From Sporopachydermia quercuum (lineage: Eukaryota), in NCBI GenBank assembly GCA_001599295.1, contig BCGN01000001.1, forward strand, positions 124,001 to 188,000: DNA of 64,000 bases. The letters are read 5' to 3'. Both the position numbers and the translations under genes were made by a program. Below the pieces are notes generated by a model. It was given only the letters and a program-made list of their open reading frames with translations, made no database searches and was not told the DNA's origin. This document shows, in pieces, positions 58,840-64,000 of the stretch; the stretch's first letter is position 1; the number at the start of each line of letters is the position of its first letter.

Positions 58840-59997
58840 ATGTCTGAGTCTGAAGAATCCTCCAAATCTTCTTCAAAATCTGAGAAAATTTCCTCTAAAC
58901 GGGATTTAGAAGAAATCGAAATTGATTTAGAAGAACCAACGCCTCTTTCAAAGAAGCAGAAGCGTTTAGAAAAGAAGAAAGCTAAAAAAAGCTCCTCAGG
59001 AAACGATACAAGCAGTTCAAATGAACAATCAAACGAACAATCAAACAAAGAATTGAAGCCTCAGAAGGCACAAGAATCTTCAAAATCCAAAAGTGAAAAT
59101 GGTATTTGGATTGGAAATCTCTCATATGATACTCAGAAAGATGATATTATCCGTTATTTGGTTGCTAAGACTGCACCTTATCCAGTTTATAACAATGATG
59201 ATCCNATCGGAGAAGATAACCTTTATAAGATCACCGAGTCAGATATAACTCGGGCATTTCTTCCATCAGGAAAGAATAAGAAAAGCATAAAAGGGTTTGC
59301 TTATGTTGACTTTTCAGGACCACAGTTTTTACAATCAGCTATTAGTTTATCTGAGAGTAATCTGAACGGAAGAAATCTACTCATCAAGAATGCTAGTTCA
59401 TTTGAGGGAAGACCGGCAAAGCCTGTTGGAGATAATAGTAATTCAAATCCNCCATCTCGAATCCTTTTCGTAGGAAACCTATCATTTGATACTACGGAAG
59501 ATCAACTTGTTATGCATTTCCAATCATACGGTGAGATAGTTAAAGTAAGAATGGCTACATTTCAAGATTCAGGAAAATGTAAAGGTTTTAGTTTTATTGA
59601 CTTTTTAGAAATTGATTCAGCCACAGCAGCATTAAAGGATAAATCGTGTTATCGCATGAACGGGCGAAAGTTACGAATGGAATATGGAGAAGATAGAAGT
59701 AAGCGAAATCCTAAGATGTTAGCCAAAGCCATAGAAAACGGAAATGATGATGGGGATGTCACCCATGAAGCCGAAGAAGTTAGCACTACTAATAGTAAAA
59801 GCTATTATGAAGGTGGATTCGATAGTGAGAATAAGGGAAATCACAACGCCAATACAAATGTTTCATCAGAGAAAACGAAGAAGAAGAAGAAGAGTATGCG
59901 AGAGAAGCCGAAAATCGCGCCCGGTGCCGCTTTGGCAAAAGCAGCCAGGGGAAAAGTCGGAATTGTGGAGTCTACGGGTACTAAAATTACCTTTTAA
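58840..59997 (+). CDS. NOP13: Nucleolar two-RRM protein Nop13
   Basis: EIEIDLEEPTPLSKKQKR, GIWIGNLSYDT, KGFAYVDF, LNGRNLLIKNASSFEGRP, PSRILFVGNLSFDTT, VRMATFQDSGKCKGF and C-terminal GTKITF. Confidence 0.93.
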   Translation: MSESEESSKSSSKSEKISSKRDLEEIEIDLEEPTPLSKKQKRLEKKKAKKSSSGNDTSSSNEQSNEQSNKELKPQKAQESSKSKSENGIWIGNLSYDTQKDDIIRYLVAKTAPYPVYNNDDXIGEDNLYKITESDITRAFLPSGKNKKSIKGFAYVDFSGPQFLQSAISLSESNLNGRNLLIKNASSFEGRPAKPVGDNSNSNXPSRILFVGNLSFDTTEDQLVMHFQSYGEIVKVRMATFQDSGKCKGFSFIDFLEIDSATAALKDKSCYRMNGRKLRMEYGEDRSKRNPKMLAKAIENGNDDGDVTHEAEEVSTTNSKSYYEGGFDSENKGNHNANTNVSSEKTKKKKKSMREKPKIAPGAALAKAARGKVGIVESTGTKITF

Positions 59998-60885
59998 GCA
60001 AGACAACTATGCAAGCGATACATATTGTGGGTATTGATCAAATTTCTTTAAGTAACTAACGGAAGTTGCTGCCTCAATTTGGAAATGCATAAGCAGAAAG
60101 TACGAGTATCNTGAGAAAATCAGGTAATAAAGTTGCCAATCCTGGCATTTAACTTCTGGCTCATGTACAGTAGGTGATAGGTTAATTTGCATATATTTAA
60201 CTAAGGAAACGGATTTTGGTGAAAGGTCGCCGGATACAAAATAACTGTCCTGGTTAAACTACGTCAAATTAGGCAAACTTCCTGGTAAGTCAATTACTTT
60301 GGCGCAATATTTCAACGAGGTTTCCCTTAACATTTTGGTTATAAACTTGGTCGTATAAATACTTTCTTCTCTCCTTCCCGACTACCGTATTACTATTTTA
60401 TACGGAAAATTGAACATTTACACAGCTGCTCATTACCTGTGTAATCGCGTGTAACTGTCTTTTTGTTCCGACGGAGATCAACCGAGGAATTCAGTATACC
60501 ATTCCCCTGTTGTTGCCATCCCTGTCTTATTCTTACCACTGCAGCATACAAATATCAGATCTGGCAAAGATCACTAATAGTCTAATAGTTGAAACAACTC
60601 AATTACAGACAGCTCTTTCTATATTTCTTAATTGATCATTTATTCCGTTGTCCCAATTCTGGCAAGTTTTGCACTTGTATAATGTTTTACTCACAACAAC
60701 AGGAACCATTTGTAGCATTAGAATAGCTATCATATTTAGAGTACAGGAAATAGAAATACGAAAAAAATTTGTCACTATTGAATTGAAAACACTACGCTTG
60801 ACTCATTATTATGTCATTATCGTCACTCTTATATTATATATGAATTTATTTTCTCCGGTTTTAATATATCATCTCCAAAATATTT

Positions 60886-60922
60886 TCACGTGATATAACT
60901 TTCAATTTCTGTAGATCACGTG
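60886..60922. promoter_or_regulatory. Pair of TCACGTG E-boxes about 400 bp upstream of the ENTH gene
   Basis: TCACGTGA at 60886 and TCACGTG at 60916. Sequence match only. Confidence 0.3.
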
Positions 60923-61309
60923 CTCTTGGATTCTTAATTCGTATCCTTCATATTATAAAAACGCATGGATATCCCTACCAAATCGGGAAAGTTACAAAGA
61001 AATCATACAGTTCTTCATCAGAGGCCGAACTTCACATTTACCCTTACTTGTTCGGTCTTTTTCGGCTTCATTTCAACCTAAATTTAAATCTTTCGGAGCA
61101 CCTTACAAATTCCATCTTTGTACACTGAATCGAAACAAGGTCACATTACTGATAATTGGTAGCATAACCATCAGATCATCCCATCACTGATCATTGTACG
61201 TCTCGGCTTCAGATAAGATCAGCTCGTCAAAACGCAGGGTTACTCTGTAATTGAGCCGAGGGCGGAACAAACTGAACAGAAAGTCAATAAAACATTATAA
61301 CGGGAAAAG

Positions 61310-62656
61310 ATGACCACAAAAAAGGTCATCCGACAGATAAAGAACATAACAAACGGGTACTCCAGCACGGAGATAAAAGTGCGCAATTGTATGTTTGATA
61401 TTCTGAGAACCGGAGGAAAGTCAAGGGATTGAATGGAAGAATTCGGAACAACTCTGAAAGGTTTTCGAAGTCCTGGAATTATTCATAGATTGCTAACCTT
61501 TTATTTTAGCTACAAGCAATGATCCGTGGGGTCCTTCGATGGATGAATTGAATGAGATTTCGCAGCTAACCTTTGACAGGTGAGTGAGATAACTAGAATA
61601 CCGGAAACGATAGCAGGTTTGATTTGGAAATGATAAGGATAAGGAATGAGGTAGTAAAAGAGAAGTTTGAAGTACCGGGACATGATTGTGAAATCAGAAT
61701 CGGAGAGAGAGATAATAGCGGAATGGGTTGCACTGTAATTACCAGTCAGCTAGGCGACTCCAAACCGCTCTTGAACAATACCTTCTTCTAACTTTCATAC
61801 CCTGTTTTCTCCGAAATTTACCCCAAAACTAACCCCTCCTGCTCCTACCCCTCTTTTTGCTGCAACTTTATTTCTAACCTTATTTTCTAGCCGGAAACTA
61901 TCCGATGTTACCAAAATCCTTCTGAAAAGACTAAACTCCAACGGTAAAGACTGGAGACATGTAAATAAAGCACTAGCTATAATCAAGTTTTGTGTTATTG
62001 CTGCTTCCGAGAACTTCTTGAAATGGATAGAATCCCGAGCTTATTTAGTAAAAAGCTTATCGGAGTTCAAATTCATCGACTGTAACGGTATAGATCAAGG
62101 AATAAATATACGGCAGAAAGCATTAGATATCTGTGTGCTACTATCGAATGAAGAGGCGCTAGAGAACAAACGGGTAGAATTTCACAAGCTGCGGTCACGG
62201 ATGTCTAAACCAGGAATTCTAGAGTCTGCTCGGAAAACTCCGGGTAGAAATAGTATAGATGTGGCAGGATGTAAACGGATAAGAATGGGAATGGCAGATA
62301 TAATATCGGAAGAAAACGGAGACTCGGAAGAAGATGAGTTGTATCAGGCGTTAGGAAGTTCTCCGTTAATGGCAAATCCAGAAATGCTTACATCCGATCG
62401 GCTTAATGAGGTGGTTTTGCCGGTTAATTTGGATTGGGATGCGTTAGCTCGCAGTAAATCGGGAAGTTCTCGGTACAAAAATAAGGGCAAGAATCGGAAT
62501 ACTGTAGATTCAGTAATATCTCCGGCTTATTCCCGGGCTACTCCCTGGGCGGGAAGAATGACTTCGGCTTCATTGGATATTCCTCGGGATCAATTCACCC
62601 GAAGCTTTAATTTATCAGAAAACCCGATCTCTGAATCGGAAGAACGCAGGTTGTAG
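61310..62656 (+). CDS. ENTH-domain protein (Ent4-like); exons 61310-61388, 61510-61579 and 61891-62656
   Basis: Two introns (GTATGT..TGCTAAC..TAG and GTGAGT..TTCTAAC..TAG) give MTTKKVIRQIKNITNGYSSTEIKVRN-STSNDPWGPSMDELNEISQLTFD-SRKL...KRLNSNGKDWRHVNKAL...DQGINIRQKA. No UIM or NPF motifs, so Ent4-like rather than Ent1/2. Confidence 0.88.
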
Positions 62657-63194
62657 AATAGTTTGGGCGGAAAGAGAAGAAACATGGATAACTCTAGAGG
62701 AAAGACCGGAAAAAGTAGCGGAACATCGGGTTGAATTACGGCGCTAATATATAGAAATTAAGAAGAATCTTCAGAAGCTCGAAGTATTGCTTTTCCGGAA
62801 ATGGGGTTGCATAATAAATGAGTAATTATGGCACAAAAGCATATTATGAAGTATAAGCTAAAGATTTGCAATTAAATTAGGTAATTGTATCCAAATTCAG
62901 TAGTCAATTTAGTTATATTCCTCAAAATGAAACAAGTTTTTGCTTATTTGAAGCATTTCATTTACTTTGGATCATACTTTCCGTCCTTACTCGAAATTAG
63001 ATACGAAAATCACCTTATTTGAAATCATTTACTTTCTAGTCAACCAAAATTATCCTAGTTCAGCAATTCTACTAGTTCTCTTCTTCCTGAAACGATAAAA
63101 TATCTCAATTTGTTTGCCTCTTTCAGCAGAATATGAACAAACATGATTAGCTTTATATACATAACTTACTCCTCTTTTCAACTTTCGACTTTAC

Positions 63195-64000
63195 TTACTC
63201 CACCACATCCAACCCGACGATCTCCTCAAACAACTCGGCACAAGGGACATTAGCATTCATTCGTGCACACAATAAAAATGATCCCGAGAATTTCCGGTGT
63301 AAACTATACGTCTCCTCTGGTGGAGGGGTTAACCGTTGCTGTAACATAACACCGATATTAGCCCGAACCCTATTGGTTATATCCTGATTACTGAAATCAA
63401 ACCCTTTCCCGCGGTTCTCCTTACTGAAGGGTTCACCTAGTACAAGCATGGAATCCACATGAGCATCCTTCATAGTTTCCGTTTCCATTCCAGTGAGATA
63501 TCCGAGTTTTAACGAGTACTTTTCACATAAGACTCTATCCTGTTTTACTGCGGCTCGGAGACAGTTTAGGTAATTGTGAATAAACTTCTCCGAGAATTCT
63601 CGAGCAGATCCGAAGTCCAAAAGCTCGATCTTACCCGTTTTCTCATTATACAAGAAATTTGCCCAATTCGGATCAGTTTGCATAAACTTGAATTTAGCTA
63701 TTTCAAGCAAACAAAGTCTCATTATATTTGTGGCAATCCAATTCTTTGTGGCTTGGTTCCAATCTCCTTTCACAATCTCAGTTCCTTCCATTTTCTCCAT
63801 GGTAAGCACGTTACTACCCGATAAATCATGAANCACTTGAGGAACCACAAATACTTCGTCCCGAGATTCCAAAAGTAAGTTTCGGAACCTTTCAAGATTT
63901 TGTGCTTCTCGGATATAATCACATTCCCATTTCAGTTCCATCCGGGCGTTATCTACCGATTGTCGGAGAAACAGCCCATCAGGGAGCATCCGAGAAGCAG
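63195..64000 (-). CDS. COQ8: ABC1/UbiB atypical kinase Coq8, 3' part (start lies beyond the window)
   Basis: LPDGLFL...[39 protein letters not shown] and [18 protein letters not shown]. Confidence 0.95.
   Translation of the reverse strand, partial: ASRMLPDGLFLRQSVDNARMELKWECDYIREAQNLERFRNLLLESRDEVFVVPQVXHDLSGSNVLTMEKMEGTEIVKGDWNQATKNWIATNIMRLCLLEIAKFKFMQTDPNWANFLYNEKTGKIELLDFGSAREFSEKFIHNYLNCLRAAVKQDRVLCEKYSLKLGYLTGMETETMKDAHVDSMLVLGEPFSKENRGKGFDFSNQDITNRVRANIGVMLQQRLTPPPEETYSLHRKFSGSFLLCARMNANVPCAELFEEIVGLDVVE

Overview
Gene-dense eukaryotic DNA from a budding yeast (Saccharomycotina-type gene set). It uses the standard CUG=Leu code and has short-branch spliceosomal introns, which suggests an early-diverging, relatively intron-rich lineage; the species cannot be identified from this window. 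About 24 protein-coding genes are present: BUD13, XRN1, NUP49, COX19, a C2H2 transcription factor, VPS29, AGX1, RCF1, a CUE/AlkB/GRF protein, YAE1, YPS7-like, YMD8-like, an aldo-keto reductase, TIF35, a WD40 protein, OCA5, NOP13, an ENT4-like gene, partial COQ8 and four unassigned ORFs. Six genes needed intron reconstruction (8 introns) that the ORF track misses. Beyond ordinary genes there are: (1) a decayed two-gene PIF/Harbinger DNA transposon at about 12.5-15.3 kb; (2) a heavily eroded Ty3/gypsy pol relic in the ORF-free 39.0-40.3 kb interval; (3) a marked mosaic of CCG/CGG-rich versus CCG/CGG-poor DNA whose borders cut through genes; (4) an Agx1 with a PTS2-like N-terminal extension; (5) an in-frame 58-codon membrane-type ORF one stop codon upstream of YMD8; (6) a 1.1 kb TIF35 intron; and (7) a yapsin lacking its second catalytic Asp. 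All assignments come from motif recognition by eye; no database searches were run.
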